Positions 9,914 to 19,845 of a stretch of DNA of 64,000 nucleotides are shown here, one piece after another (position 1 is the stretch's first letter; each line of letters opens with the position of its first letter). This DNA is from Candidatus Atabeyarchaeum deiterrae (GTDB taxonomy: Archaea; Asgardarchaeota; Atabeyarchaeia; Atabeyarchaeales; Atabeyarchaeaceae). The position numbers and the translations under genes were made by a program. Location: positions 2,368,001 through 2,432,000 of the forward strand of contig CP147780.1 in assembly GCA_037310415.1 (NCBI GenBank), read 5' to 3'. Below the pieces are notes generated by a model. That model ran no database searches. It was not told the origin of the DNA and saw only the letters and a program-made list of their open reading frames with translations.

Positions 9914-12559
9914 CTACATGTGATTTGTCAATCCTTTCACGAAACTCGATTGCTCCAATCGGTGGGCATATTTCTTGAAGAACCACCATTTCAGCAATTC
10001 CGCTAGGATCAGGTATGAGAAAACAAGTCCAAAGAGAACTACCAAATATGTATTCGGAGGACTCACGAATCCGAAGAGTTCTTGACCGAGTTTTGTGAAT
10101 GGAATCGCCAAAGCCACTAAAGCTATCGTGATGCTACTTAGGAACAGCCATTTGCTGGGTCGGCTTCTGAAGAAAGGCGTCTTCCTCGTTCTTATCACGA
10201 ACACAACAAGAGTCTGTGTCCACAGTGATTCGAGGAACCAAGCCGTCTGGAACAATTCTGGCGTTGCGCTGAAAATGAACAACATTATGGCGAATGTAAG
10301 GAAGTCAAAGATCGAGCTAATAGGCCCGAAGTAAAGCATGTAGTTCCTTACAAAAGATATGTCCAGTCTTTTTGGAGTGTCAAGGTATTCCTTATCAACA
10401 TTATCTGTTGGTATAGATATTTCAGACATGTCATACATGAGGTTGTTCAGCAGTATCTGCACTGGTTGCATCGGAAGGAACTTTAGGAATAGTGAGGCTC
10501 CAGCAGCACTAAACATGTTTCCGAAGTTTGAGCTCATTCCCATCAGAATGTATTTCATTGTATTGCCAAATGTCTTTCTGCCTTCCAGCACTCCTCTAGC
10601 AAGCACAGTTAGATCCTTGTGTGATAGTATGATGTCCGCGGTCTCCTTGGCAATGTCAACCGCATTGCTGACAGATATGCTTACGTCTGCTACTCTCATG
10701 GACGGTGCATCGTTGATGCCGTCTCCCATGAAGCCAACAACATGCCCGATTTTTTTGATTACATTAATGATTCTGTCTTTCTGAGCAGGCGTAACCCTCG
10801 CAAATATGTTCGCCTTCTCAGCTGCGGCAGCGAGCGCTTCATCAGACATTCTGTCGATCTCGTTCCCAACAAGGACCCCTTTGACCTCAAATCCTATTTG
10901 CTCACAAACACTCTGCGTGACTAGCTCATTATCGCCTGTAACGATCTTGAGCTCGATTCCAGCTCTCTTCAATAACCGCAGGGATTTCTTGGCAGTCCTC
11001 TTAGGTGGATCGGTGAAAGTGTCAAACCCAAGAAACACCAAATCACTTTCGTCCTTGACTGAATAAGCAGGCTTGCACTCCCTAAACTTCTTGTACGCGA
11101 CTGCGATGAGTCTGAGTCCTTTGGAGCTTATGGCGTGGAACCTTTCCTCTATTATCTTTCGTGTTTCCTTTGTTAAATCGGTTATCTCTCCGTTGAGTTC
11201 GTGGTGTGTACACACTTTGACAATCTCTTCCGGTGCTCCTTTGGTAATGATGATGGTTTCTCCTTCATGCTTGACTACAACTGAAACCCGTTTTCTCGTG
11301 AAGTCAAATGGGACCTCGTCGATTTTCTGATACTCGTCCACTTTTTCCTCCTTGTGTTTCAGAATTGCGTCATCGAGCGCCGTTGAAACTCCTGTTCGGT
11401 AGTGGCTGTTCAGGTAGGAGTAAAGTAGTGCTTTCTCGTTGTCTCTCCCTTTAGCATCTATATGTTGTTTCAGTGTCACTCTGTTTTCAGTTATGGTGCC
11501 AGTTTTGTCAGTACACAAAGTATCCATACTGCCGAAGTTCTGAATTGATGCAAGGCGCTTCACTATGACGCCCTTCTTGGCCATTTGGATAGCTCCTTTG
11601 GAAAGATTTATGGACACAATCATTGGCAGGAGCTCAGGCGTCAATCCGACTGCAAGTGAAACTGCAAAAAGCAAGGACTGCAGACCATCTTGGGGGAAGA
11701 TCAATGCTCTCATAAAGAAAACAAATATCACCAAGACAAATGTTACCTGCATGATCAGGTAGCCGAATCTTTTCAGGCCCCTTTCGAACTCGGTCTCAGG
11801 TCTTCTTTCAGCAATTCTCTTGGCAATTCTACCATATTGTGTGTAACTCCCAGTCCTGACGACGAGGGCAAGAGCTGAGCCACTCACAGCAGAGGTCCCC
11901 ATGAAGAGGTAGTTGGTCCACTCAGTTATTGCACTCGCATCGTTTCCCATGAGAGGTTCACATGTCTTCTCTGCTGGAAATGATTCTCCAGTCAAAGTCG
12001 ACTGATCTACGAAGAAATCCTTGGCGCTAATCACTCGTGCGTCTGCAGGCACAATGCTGCCTGCTGACATGCACACAATGTCACCAGGGACAATATCGGC
12101 CAGCTTGATTTCCCGTGGGTTTCCGTCTCTGAAAGCTGTAGTCGTGGTTGCGACCCTTTCCTTCAGCTGCTCAGCCGCTTTTCCAGCTCTACGTTCTTGC
12201 GCAAAATCCAAGACTACACTCATCAATACAATCGTGAAAATGATCATGGCAGGCGCCACTTGATTAAAGAAAAGGAGTGCTATCGTGCCGGCTATTAGCA
12301 GTATTATAACGAGGGGGTTCTTGAAACGGAGAAGGAAGTCAACGACGGCAGACCTCTTCTTTCTCATCACTATTTCATTATGTCCATAGGTCTTGAGCCG
12401 CTGATCAGCTTTCTCAGTTGTGAGACCTGTTTGGCGACTTCCGAACTCTTCCAAGATCTCATCGCACGACAGACGAATAGCTTCATCAGTGCTCGGTAAT
12501 TGTGCCCAACCTGCAATTCTCTGCGCATCTCTGTTCCGCATGTCCCCTGCAGGCTTCAC
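9914..12559 (-). CDS. mgtA: Magnesium-translocating P-type ATPase (P3B)
   Basis: TGES, PELLP, DKTGT, KGAPEE, TGDN and GDGINDAP motifs; SSNFGNMFS and ILLNNLMYD are typical of MgtA. The true start may be a few codons downstream. Confidence 0.93.
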   Translation of the reverse strand: MKPAGDMRNRDAQRIAGWAQLPSTDEAIRLSCDEILEEFGSRQTGLTTEKADQRLKTYGHNEIVMRKKRSAVVDFLLRFKNPLVIILLIAGTIALLFFNQVAPAMIIFTIVLMSVVLDFAQERRAGKAAEQLKERVATTTTAFRDGNPREIKLADIVPGDIVCMSAGSIVPADARVISAKDFFVDQSTLTGESFPAEKTCEPLMGNDASAITEWTNYLFMGTSAVSGSALALVVRTGSYTQYGRIAKRIAERRPETEFERGLKRFGYLIMQVTFVLVIFVFFMRALIFPQDGLQSLLFAVSLAVGLTPELLPMIVSINLSKGAIQMAKKGVIVKRLASIQNFGSMDTLCTDKTGTITENRVTLKQHIDAKGRDNEKALLYSYLNSHYRTGVSTALDDAILKHKEEKVDEYQKIDEVPFDFTRKRVSVVVKHEGETIIITKGAPEEIVKVCTHHELNGEITDLTKETRKIIEERFHAISSKGLRLIAVAYKKFRECKPAYSVKDESDLVFLGFDTFTDPPKRTAKKSLRLLKRAGIELKIVTGDNELVTQSVCEQIGFEVKGVLVGNEIDRMSDEALAAAAEKANIFARVTPAQKDRIINVIKKIGHVVGFMGDGINDAPSMRVADVSISVSNAVDIAKETADIILSHKDLTVLARGVLEGRKTFGNTMKYILMGMSSNFGNMFSAAGASLFLKFLPMQPVQILLNNLMYDMSEISIPTDNVDKEYLDTPKRLDISFVRNYMLYFGPISSIFDFLTFAIMLFIFSATPELFQTAWFLESLWTQTLVVFVIRTRKTPFFRSRPSKWLFLSSITIALVALAIPFTKLGQELFGFVSPPNTYLVVLFGLVFSYLILAELLKWWFFKKYAHRLEQSSFVKGLTNHM

Positions 12560-12875
12560 GATTCTCGCCGTCCTTAACTCGATGATTCAAGAGTCAGGGC
12601 ACCCAATTCAAGCATTCTCGTGGTGATTATGAATTGCTAATTCTTGTTGCGGTTACGATATACGCTTTATGGTTGTATTATCAATCCCGACGACTGTCAG
12701 AACATGAGATGAAGAACAACGATGTTAGTCAGTTAAAGCTTCCCTTCGGATTTGCACGCGAACCCCAAGGGTTCCCTTCACCAAAGGAATCAGCAGGAAA
12801 GCAGATTGTACAATTCCGTTTGCTAATGCGCCACTATTTGCCCTGCCATAAGTATTTATTCGTCGAAAGTAGAGA

Positions 12876-13667
12876 ATGGAAGTGTGTGGAACTGAGGTGT
12901 CAAAAATGGGGATCAGAGTAGAGAAGAAGGATGTCGTCACAACCGTAATCATAGATATTCCTGAAGCAAAGAACGCAATTGATGGCCCAACAGCGTTGGC
13001 ACTTGCAGGCGCTTTTAGACAGTTCGAAGACGACAAGGAAGCAAGGGTCGCAGTTCTTTGGGGAGCAAATGGAACCTTCTGCGCCGGCGCCAACCTAAAG
13101 GCCATCGCAAGCGGATACAGTAATCGAGTAGCCAAGACAGGCGGCGGACCAATGGGACCCTCAAGAATGCAATTGTCGAAACCAGTTATAGCAGCAGTCG
13201 CAGGACATGCTGTTGCAGGAGGATTGGAACTTGCCCTATGGTGTGATCTACGTATAGTTGAGCGAAGCGCCATTTTTGGAGTCTTCTGCCGAAGATGGGG
13301 TGTACCATTGATCGACGGGGGCACCATAAGATTGCCAAGACTCATTGGGTTGAGTAGAGCGCTCGACATGATTCTCACAGGTCGACCGGTGACCGGAGAG
13401 GAAGCTCTCCAAATCGGTCTCGCTAATCGACTAGTAGACGATGGGCGCTCCAGATCTGAGGCTGAACAACTCGCCAGGGAAATTGCAGCTTTCCCGCAAA
13501 CCTGCATGCGAGAGGACAGACTTTCTACGTATGAGCAGTTTGGACTGCACATGAAAGAAGCTCTGGAAAACGAGCTTGAGCATGGGTTAAAAACCCTTGC
13601 AAGTGGGGAGATCTTCGAAGGCGCGAAGCGCTTCGCGAAAGGTGAGGGTAGACACGGGCAGTTCTAG
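12876..13667 (+). CDS. Enoyl-CoA hydratase/crotonase-family protein
   Basis: FCAGANLK, AVAGGLELALWCDLR and GVPLIDGGT motifs; the start may be ATG at 12906. Confidence 0.9.
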   Translation: MEVCGTEVSKMGIRVEKKDVVTTVIIDIPEAKNAIDGPTALALAGAFRQFEDDKEARVAVLWGANGTFCAGANLKAIASGYSNRVAKTGGGPMGPSRMQLSKPVIAAVAGHAVAGGLELALWCDLRIVERSAIFGVFCRRWGVPLIDGGTIRLPRLIGLSRALDMILTGRPVTGEEALQIGLANRLVDDGRSRSEAEQLAREIAAFPQTCMREDRLSTYEQFGLHMKEALENELEHGLKTLASGEIFEGAKRFAKGEGRHGQF

Positions 13668-13800
13668 GTTGCATCACTCTTACTTTGACTCACTCACAGG
13701 CTTCAACAGCATGTTTTAAAAGCTTCTCAACAATAGGTTGAATACAAAATAATGAATATCGGTATTGATACAATGAGTCCACAATGGGAGGGACTCGCAT

Positions 13801-14265
13801 TTGGTAAAGTTGCAGGAAACAATTGGCAAATACATGAAGACCGACTTAGTGATCGTTAGTCCAGCTTCAACATTGGCGCAGGCTGCCAAGGGCATGGCTG
13901 AGAAGGACACAGATATAGCTGTAGTCAAGTCTGGGAAGGATATCATGGGCGTTATCACGGACTCCGACATATTTCATTCAATGAAAAGCTACGTTTTCAA
14001 AGACGTTCTCGAGAATCTACCCAAAGATGTCAGCAAAGTCAAGGTGGAGGAGATAATGCACGGCACACTCTCGAAGGAATTCATGAGTGTGTGTCAATTG
14101 ACAGGATTGAAACCATGTCTCATGTTGGGCGAAGACGAAACCATAGAGGTCGCAATCAAGACAATGGGTGCAAGTGAGGCCCACCACTTGCTTGTCATTG
14201 GTTCTGACGGCTCTTTGACCGGAACGCTGTCTGCACACGACCTGCTGAAGAGTTTCATTGAGTGA
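13801..14265 (+). CDS. CBS-domain pair protein
   Basis: GVITDSDI and GTLSAHDLL CBS motifs; TTG start with SD GGGAGG. Confidence 0.85.
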   Translation: MVKLQETIGKYMKTDLVIVSPASTLAQAAKGMAEKDTDIAVVKSGKDIMGVITDSDIFHSMKSYVFKDVLENLPKDVSKVKVEEIMHGTLSKEFMSVCQLTGLKPCLMLGEDETIEVAIKTMGASEAHHLLVIGSDGSLTGTLSAHDLLKSFIE

Positions 14266-14538
14266 GAATAGCACAGAATCATGAATACCAGATTCAGAAA
14301 CTCATGTCTTGCTTTCCTTTTTTTCTATAGTTGTGTCAATGAGAAGGTTCGCTTGCCAACCATGCTATATGAGCCCCAGCGAGTTCATTCTACAGAGGGA
14401 AGCAAAAGAAATAGTAAATAGAAAGTATATATCTCCGATCGATGACAAATGTCGGATAACTGCCGAACAAATGATAAGGACAATTAAAGAGAGTCTGCAA
14501 GAATCATGTGAACAGTTGCGCGATGGAGTTCCGGAAGT

Positions 14539-14841
14539 GTGAATATGTACGAGGGTTTCGAAAAGCTCGGCACAGGTCCTTCTTCTATGTACAGTATGAT
14601 GAAGAACTATCAAAGACAGGTGGATAGACTAAAGGAAAGAATGTTGTCAAACTACTTCTCACCTGACGAGATCAGATCGATTATTTCTAACATTCGTGAA
14701 GCTCTGAAGAAGCTTGGGGGAGAGGCATCGGCAAGCCAGTTCGGACTGATTCGCAATCTGATCATGAAGCTTGAGGAGCTGACCTCGATGATGAAGGAGA
14801 AGTCAAGGTGGGATAGGCGATTCGGCAAGAGCCCAAGCTGA
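14539..14841 (+). CDS. Hypothetical ~100-aa helical protein (paralogue A)
   Basis: Strong similarity to 16138-16434 (SNYFSPDEIR, KLEELT, KSRWD). Confidence 0.75.
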   Translation: MNMYEGFEKLGTGPSSMYSMMKNYQRQVDRLKERMLSNYFSPDEIRSIISNIREALKKLGGEASASQFGLIRNLIMKLEELTSMMKEKSRWDRRFGKSPS

Positions 14842-14871
14842 GAGTCTGTGATGAAGCCACTCCTCGAGGAG

Positions 14872-15891
14872 CTACTTTGTAGCTACCTTCGGTCCCTTTG
14901 GACAGAAGTACTTCTCCTTCCTGATGACCTTTTCTTTGCTAATGAGACCTTCGAGATGTTTTTCAATCATTTTTCCTTCCCAGTAGCGAAGAAGTGGTTC
15001 GGCGTAAGGGTACTTCCCGTATATTGGGGCCATCTCTACGAGTTGGTCAATGGTCTTCCCCTTTGGTTCAAGTAGACTCAGAACCCGAGTGTCCCGCTCA
15101 TCGAATTTCGAACTGAAGGCGCTGAGTTGATCTCTGATGTCTGTCTCTATGACATTGCCATGACCCGGAACCAGGATTCGTATGTCTAGTTTTCTCAGTT
15201 TCTCTATTGAGTTCTTGAATAGGGGAATGCTCGACTCTCTGTGTCCATACCATGGACCGAAAGGCGATAGGTCATAGTCAAACGAAAAGAGGATCCGTTG
15301 ATTTGGTTCATAGAGGCAGTAGTGATCCAAGGTATGTCCAGGTGTGTGAATAGGCAATAGGGCAACTGTCCCAAATTCGAATGACTTCTTCTCGTCGTAC
15401 ATGTCCGTTGGTCTACAATTCCTGAAATCCATGACCTTTGCGACGAAGTCGCGCCAATACTCTGCGAGAAAACCTGGTTCGGCAAGTCTTTCCGACAATG
15501 CCACGATGTTACCACTCGTATCATAGCCCTCTCTGGGTACGTAGATGGCGCTGACACTATCCCTGAATAACCAATTGCCGGCAGAGTGGTCGGGATGGGT
15601 ATGTGAGTTAATGATGCAGTTGACGTTGAACTTTTCTTTGATTGTTCTCAGAACATCAATTCCACAGCCGGTATCCACAAGCGTAAATTTGCCTTCGTTC
15701 CCTGCGACAAGTACTGAGTTGGAGTACGGAAATCTGCCATTGTTTTTTCCATGAACTAGGAATATGTTCGGCGCAATCTGTTCAGACTCTTTCTGATCCT
15801 TTGTCAATGGGCTCTTAGCGGTCATAAGACACCAATTACAGGTACAACCAACTTGCCATATTTCGTTTCCTAGACGTTGAGAGTGAGACAT
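14872..15891 (-). CDS. MBL-fold metallo-hydrolase with C-terminal wHTH
   Basis: SHTHPDHSAGN, HTPGHT and PGHG metal motifs; the real start is probably the Met of MTAKSP. Confidence 0.88.
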   Translation of the reverse strand: MSHSQRLGNEIWQVGCTCNWCLMTAKSPLTKDQKESEQIAPNIFLVHGKNNGRFPYSNSVLVAGNEGKFTLVDTGCGIDVLRTIKEKFNVNCIINSHTHPDHSAGNWLFRDSVSAIYVPREGYDTSGNIVALSERLAEPGFLAEYWRDFVAKVMDFRNCRPTDMYDEKKSFEFGTVALLPIHTPGHTLDHYCLYEPNQRILFSFDYDLSPFGPWYGHRESSIPLFKNSIEKLRKLDIRILVPGHGNVIETDIRDQLSAFSSKFDERDTRVLSLLEPKGKTIDQLVEMAPIYGKYPYAEPLLRYWEGKMIEKHLEGLISKEKVIRKEKYFCPKGPKVATK

Positions 15892-16137
15892 GAGAAAAAC
15901 GCGAAATCATCGGCTTGAGAATCATTCTATTGTTTCTTCATAGTCCGAGCTTCCCCCCTCCCCCTCACTTGAGAAGATCGAAATCAAAGACATCAAAACA
16001 GTGGTCGAATAAGAAAAGGGTATATCTACTGAATAATCAAAGTTCTATTGTGGTACTTGCTCGGCGCCGCTCAAATTGCGACAATCGCTGACTATAGCAG
16101 TTTGAATCCAATGAAATACCTGAATTGGTGTGCTATC

Positions 16138-16434
16138 ATGAATCGGAGCTTCGTGGAACGCAACTTGGGGTCTCCTCTGATTGACAACGAAATGAAGGAC
16201 TACGAAAGAGAGATAGCTAGGCTTAAGGATGAGTTGGTCTCTAACTACTTTTCTCCGGAGGAGATTAGAGGAATCATCTGTAACGTGCGCGAAGCTCTCA
16301 CAAGACTTGCGGAGCAAGCATCATTTGACCAGTGTTGCCTGATACGTGATCTGACTGTGAAACTTGAGGAGCTAACCATGGTCATGCAAGCCAAATCAAG
16401 GTGGGACAAACGACTTTCGACGGGAGCACACTGA
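16138..16434 (+). CDS. Hypothetical ~100-aa helical protein (paralogue B)
   Basis: Paralogue of 14539-14841; ATG 16138 gives a matching length (ORF-track start 16048). Confidence 0.75.
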   Translation: MNRSFVERNLGSPLIDNEMKDYEREIARLKDELVSNYFSPEEIRGIICNVREALTRLAEQASFDQCCLIRDLTVKLEELTMVMQAKSRWDKRLSTGAH

Positions 16435-16651
16435 CTACGCGGTAAATCCGTACACTACCGAATCCGATTCGTTGTTCTTTACGAGTTCTAACATCATTCT
16501 AATTCCATCAATATAACTTCAATCTCTATCCGTCCACATGAATCAAAGCAAAAAAAAACTGAGGAAAAAGAGAAGATAACAGGTGAGTTGCGTCTTTAGA
16601 GATATCATTGGAAAGCATTTATATGAACAGGGAGCAAGAGAAATCGAGGAG

Positions 16652-17008
16652 ATGGAGAGAACGAGCAAGAAAGCTAAGCACATGGGTATGAACTTGTCGG
16701 AAGTCGAACATGAGAAATGGCATATAGAGCATCCGGAAATGACTCCAGACCAGCACAAAGCATTCATGAAGAAGATGGGTATTAGTGAGGAAGAGGATAA
16801 GGAGTGGCATAAGACTCGAGAGACAACCATAGTAACAACAGGTGAGCCAAGCAAGAAAATGGTGAATCCATTCGCCATAGGTGGAGCCTTTTTGGCCTAT
16901 TGTGTTAAACAAGGTTGGTTGATTCAAGAGGGCAGTGGAAGAGATGCCAGATACTTTGTGACTCGGACAGGCGAAGTAGAACTCAGGAAGTACGGTGTCA
17001 ATGCCTAA
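16652..17008 (+). CDS. Hypothetical protein with His/Trp motif repeats and a C-terminal wing-like segment
   Basis: Repeated SEVEHEKWH / SEEEDKEWH; C-terminal VKQGWLIQEGSGRDARYFVTRTG. Start uncertain (16583 GTG, 16652 or 16682 ATG). Confidence 0.65.
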   Translation: MERTSKKAKHMGMNLSEVEHEKWHIEHPEMTPDQHKAFMKKMGISEEEDKEWHKTRETTIVTTGEPSKKMVNPFAIGGAFLAYCVKQGWLIQEGSGRDARYFVTRTGEVELRKYGVNA

Positions 17009-17097
17009 AATGAGTGGTTAGGCTCACTGTACCAGTATACAATCTGTGACGGAATGGAAGAAGACGCCACGGAACACTTGCGTTTTCAATGTAAGCT

Positions 17098-18108
17098 CTA
17101 TTTCTCTAGGCGTTTGTCAATTTGCGCAAGCTTTCTTACAATGACAGCAAGGAGATCCTTCAGTTCCTTTATGTCGCGCTTCGATGATTCTACTTCCAGC
17201 TTCAACCTTAGAATCTCGTCACCTATCCCTATCTGAGTGTCTCCTTTCTTCTTCCCACTTCTCGCAATTACCAGACTTCCTCTGATTATCCTGATCATGT
17301 CATCTCTGGCTGTTGGACTTGTCGCGGAAAGCCCATAGGTAGGAACTCCAAGAACCCTTTCAATGAGACTCGGGTTTCCTGCTGAGGGCATGTCCTGCTT
17401 GTTTGCAATGGCAAAGACTGCAACTCCTTTCGCAGCATCAGATATTCTGCTTGCGAGGTTCTTAGCTCTTACAGTGTTCTCTATTGTTGAATCTAGTACG
17501 ACAAATACTATCCCTGCTCCGCGGATGAGTTGCTCCCACCCTTTGCCGTCAATACCCTCGCCTGGAATGTCCCATACCACTGCCTCAAACTTGTCGAAAG
17601 TGGACTTCTTGATTGTCGCCACTGTTGATGGCTCATAATTTGGTGAGATCTGTTCCTTGGCTAGGCTTTTGGCAATCGTTGTCTTGCCTACTTTCGGGTC
17701 GCCTATGAGAACGATCTTCACTTTTGCTTCTTCATGGATCACCTTGTCGAGTTCAGCATCGTATGCTTTGAATTTTGATAAGTCGCCACCTTTCAGCTGT
17801 GAGACTTGGTCTCCATACTGGTAAAGGAATTGGCTGGCAATCTTTCGGATGTCTTCTCTTACATACTGGTCGTCGTCATCTCGGTCTACGTAGAAAATGA
17901 TCATTATGTTTTCGAATGCCCCATAGACGAACTTGAGGTTCTTCATCACTATGGAGTCCATTTCTCCACTGCCCAACTCCGAAGAGAATCTAGACACTGC
18001 TACAAGAAAACCCGAGACTAAAACTTCATCGAGCTTCTCTTGGCTGTATGCCTTGTGGAAGACGATCGCTCCGTCACTCTTGCGCAGGATGTATACTCCG
18101 CGGATCAT
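17098..18108 (-). CDS. Longin-like domain + small GTPase + C-terminal coiled coil
   Basis: N-terminal MIRGVYILRKSDG...LVSGFLVAVSRFSSEL longin pattern; G1 GDPKVGKT, G3 WDIPGE, G4 NKQD, G5 SAT; heptad tail. Confidence 0.85.
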   Translation of the reverse strand: MIRGVYILRKSDGAIVFHKAYSQEKLDEVLVSGFLVAVSRFSSELGSGEMDSIVMKNLKFVYGAFENIMIIFYVDRDDDDQYVREDIRKIASQFLYQYGDQVSQLKGGDLSKFKAYDAELDKVIHEEAKVKIVLIGDPKVGKTTIAKSLAKEQISPNYEPSTVATIKKSTFDKFEAVVWDIPGEGIDGKGWEQLIRGAGIVFVVLDSTIENTVRAKNLASRISDAAKGVAVFAIANKQDMPSAGNPSLIERVLGVPTYGLSATSPTARDDMIRIIRGSLVIARSGKKKGDTQIGIGDEILRLKLEVESSKRDIKELKDLLAVIVRKLAQIDKRLEK

Positions 18109-18184
18109 GGAGGAATATTCACGCTCCTTCTATCATCTTAGTTCGAGGGAGCATAAATATTCATTCCAAGTGTTGCGATTTTCG

Positions 18185-19648
18185 CTAATCCTCTGGCATT
18201 CTAGTGAGACCATACTTTTTCAGTTCTGCCAACATGGTTTTGTTGAGTTCCAATTCTGTGTCGTGGGCAATGACTTTCCTGAGTCTTGTCTTCTCCAGTA
18301 TGTTCTGAACTTTTGCCCTTGCTCTCTGCAGTGTGTCTTTGCTTCCTTGCTCTTCCCATTGTTTTCTGCTTGCTCTGTCAATGATCTCGGAGGGCATGTA
18401 GTGTTCTTTTCTGAACCATTTGAGAGTGTGTGGCAGTGACATGAAGCTTCCCTTCTTGCCTCTGCCTCTCAACTCTTCCACTGCCATTGTATCTTCGTTT
18501 ACCTCGAAGCCCTTAGCTATTCGCAGAGCCACTCCACATATTTCATCATCAATGACAAGTTTCTCTATGGATTGGCAGCTTTCGAATTCGAGCATCCCTG
18601 GACCTGAGATAATGTTTATTCTGGCGAGAGCCCCCATCGTGGCGCTTATGCCGCTTTCAAAGCCAGATTGAACATCAACAACTTTCGAATCAGACATTCC
18701 GAGATAAGCGTGAGTGGGTAAACCCAATCTTTTTCCAATCTGAGCGTAGGCTATGTCTATCAGAATCGTCTCAGGCGCTCCCATCGGGGTTGTGCCGTAG
18801 TGCATGTCGAAGGCACTCGGCGAACCACCATACACGACAGGTGTTCCACGCTGAACGGCCTGTGCGAGGACGATGCCACTCAGAGTTTCGGCAGTGTGTT
18901 GAACCAGTGAACCTGCGATGGTGACTGGACCAGTTGCACCCATGAGAGGCATCGAGATGAGTTCGACTGGCACCTTGTGGTTTGCACAGTCAATCAGACT
19001 GTCTGCTGTTATCTCGCTGAACATAAGTGGTGGTGATGGGCAACAGTCGAATATGGCTGTCGGATGGCTTGCCAGCCTATCCTCTCCTCCAACAACAAGA
19101 CACAGCATGTTAATCATTGCGTTTGTCCCGTCGATGGTGAATGTTCCCGTGATCACAGGTTTCGTAGAATACTTCAGAACGAGAAACAACCTGTAACGAT
19201 CTGCAACCTCTTGTGGAACATCGCTGCAAACCAACGCCGTGCTCTGAGCGCGGATATTTGGCAGTTCTTCTGCGACTTTGATGAAATTCACAAAGTCCTT
19301 TGTCACAGGTCTTCTCGACGTGCATGATTCGACGTCCAAGAAGTTGAGCGCAGCTGAGCCGGGGTTAAAGTAAACGTTGTCTCCGCCTACGCAGAGCTCT
19401 TCTTTCCCGTCCCGCGAGGACAGATTAAACGAACTTGGACAACTCTGCAGACTTCTCTTCACAAGATCCGTTGGAAACCTTGCCACTCCATTCTCCGCGT
19501 CAACATCAGCCCCCGCGACATGAAGCAGCTCCAGAGCTCTTTTGCTCTTGAATACAACTCCAGTTGCGGATAGTATAGCCATTGACGCTTCGTAGACTTC
19601 TTCCATGTCCTCATCTGAGAGGACTCGTATTGATACCTTACCTGTCAA
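18185..19648 (-). CDS. Trimethylamine methyltransferase (MttB) superfamily protein, non-pyrrolysine type
   Basis: CPSPPLMF, GATGPVTIAGSLVQHTAETLSGIVLAQ, SDSKVVDVQSGFE and EKLVIDDEI motifs; no in-frame TAG. Confidence 0.9.
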   Translation of the reverse strand: MTGKVSIRVLSDEDMEEVYEASMAILSATGVVFKSKRALELLHVAGADVDAENGVARFPTDLVKRSLQSCPSSFNLSSRDGKEELCVGGDNVYFNPGSAALNFLDVESCTSRRPVTKDFVNFIKVAEELPNIRAQSTALVCSDVPQEVADRYRLFLVLKYSTKPVITGTFTIDGTNAMINMLCLVVGGEDRLASHPTAIFDCCPSPPLMFSEITADSLIDCANHKVPVELISMPLMGATGPVTIAGSLVQHTAETLSGIVLAQAVQRGTPVVYGGSPSAFDMHYGTTPMGAPETILIDIAYAQIGKRLGLPTHAYLGMSDSKVVDVQSGFESGISATMGALARINIISGPGMLEFESCQSIEKLVIDDEICGVALRIAKGFEVNEDTMAVEELRGRGKKGSFMSLPHTLKWFRKEHYMPSEIIDRASRKQWEEQGSKDTLQRARAKVQNILEKTRLRKVIAHDTELELNKTMLAELKKYGLTRMPED

Positions 19649-19845
19649 CCAGAATCCCTCTTTTCTTTGAGTTCTGCCCTCTATTACTCTGATTTCTCAA
19701 TGGAGATTGAGATACAATGTTGCATATATTTCTTCAGTTCTCTTACTTGCCAAATGAGTAAGACATAAGATCTAAGGATCTTAGATCGTAACTTGTTTTG
19801 AGATCACGAAAAAAAGAAGGTGAGAATGCCCCCAAGATAGCAAGC

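Noticed and set aside
12560-12875. Mg2+ riboswitch or leader peptide upstream of mgtA
   Set aside because: I could not recognise an M-box consensus or a Pro-rich leader ORF; the region looks like a divergent promoter.
12725-13552. 275-aa minus-strand ORF
   Set aside because: Antisense to the well-supported enoyl-CoA hydratase; no motifs.
18185-19648. Pyrrolysine recoding in the MttB homologue
   Set aside because: The ORF is full length with no in-frame TAG.
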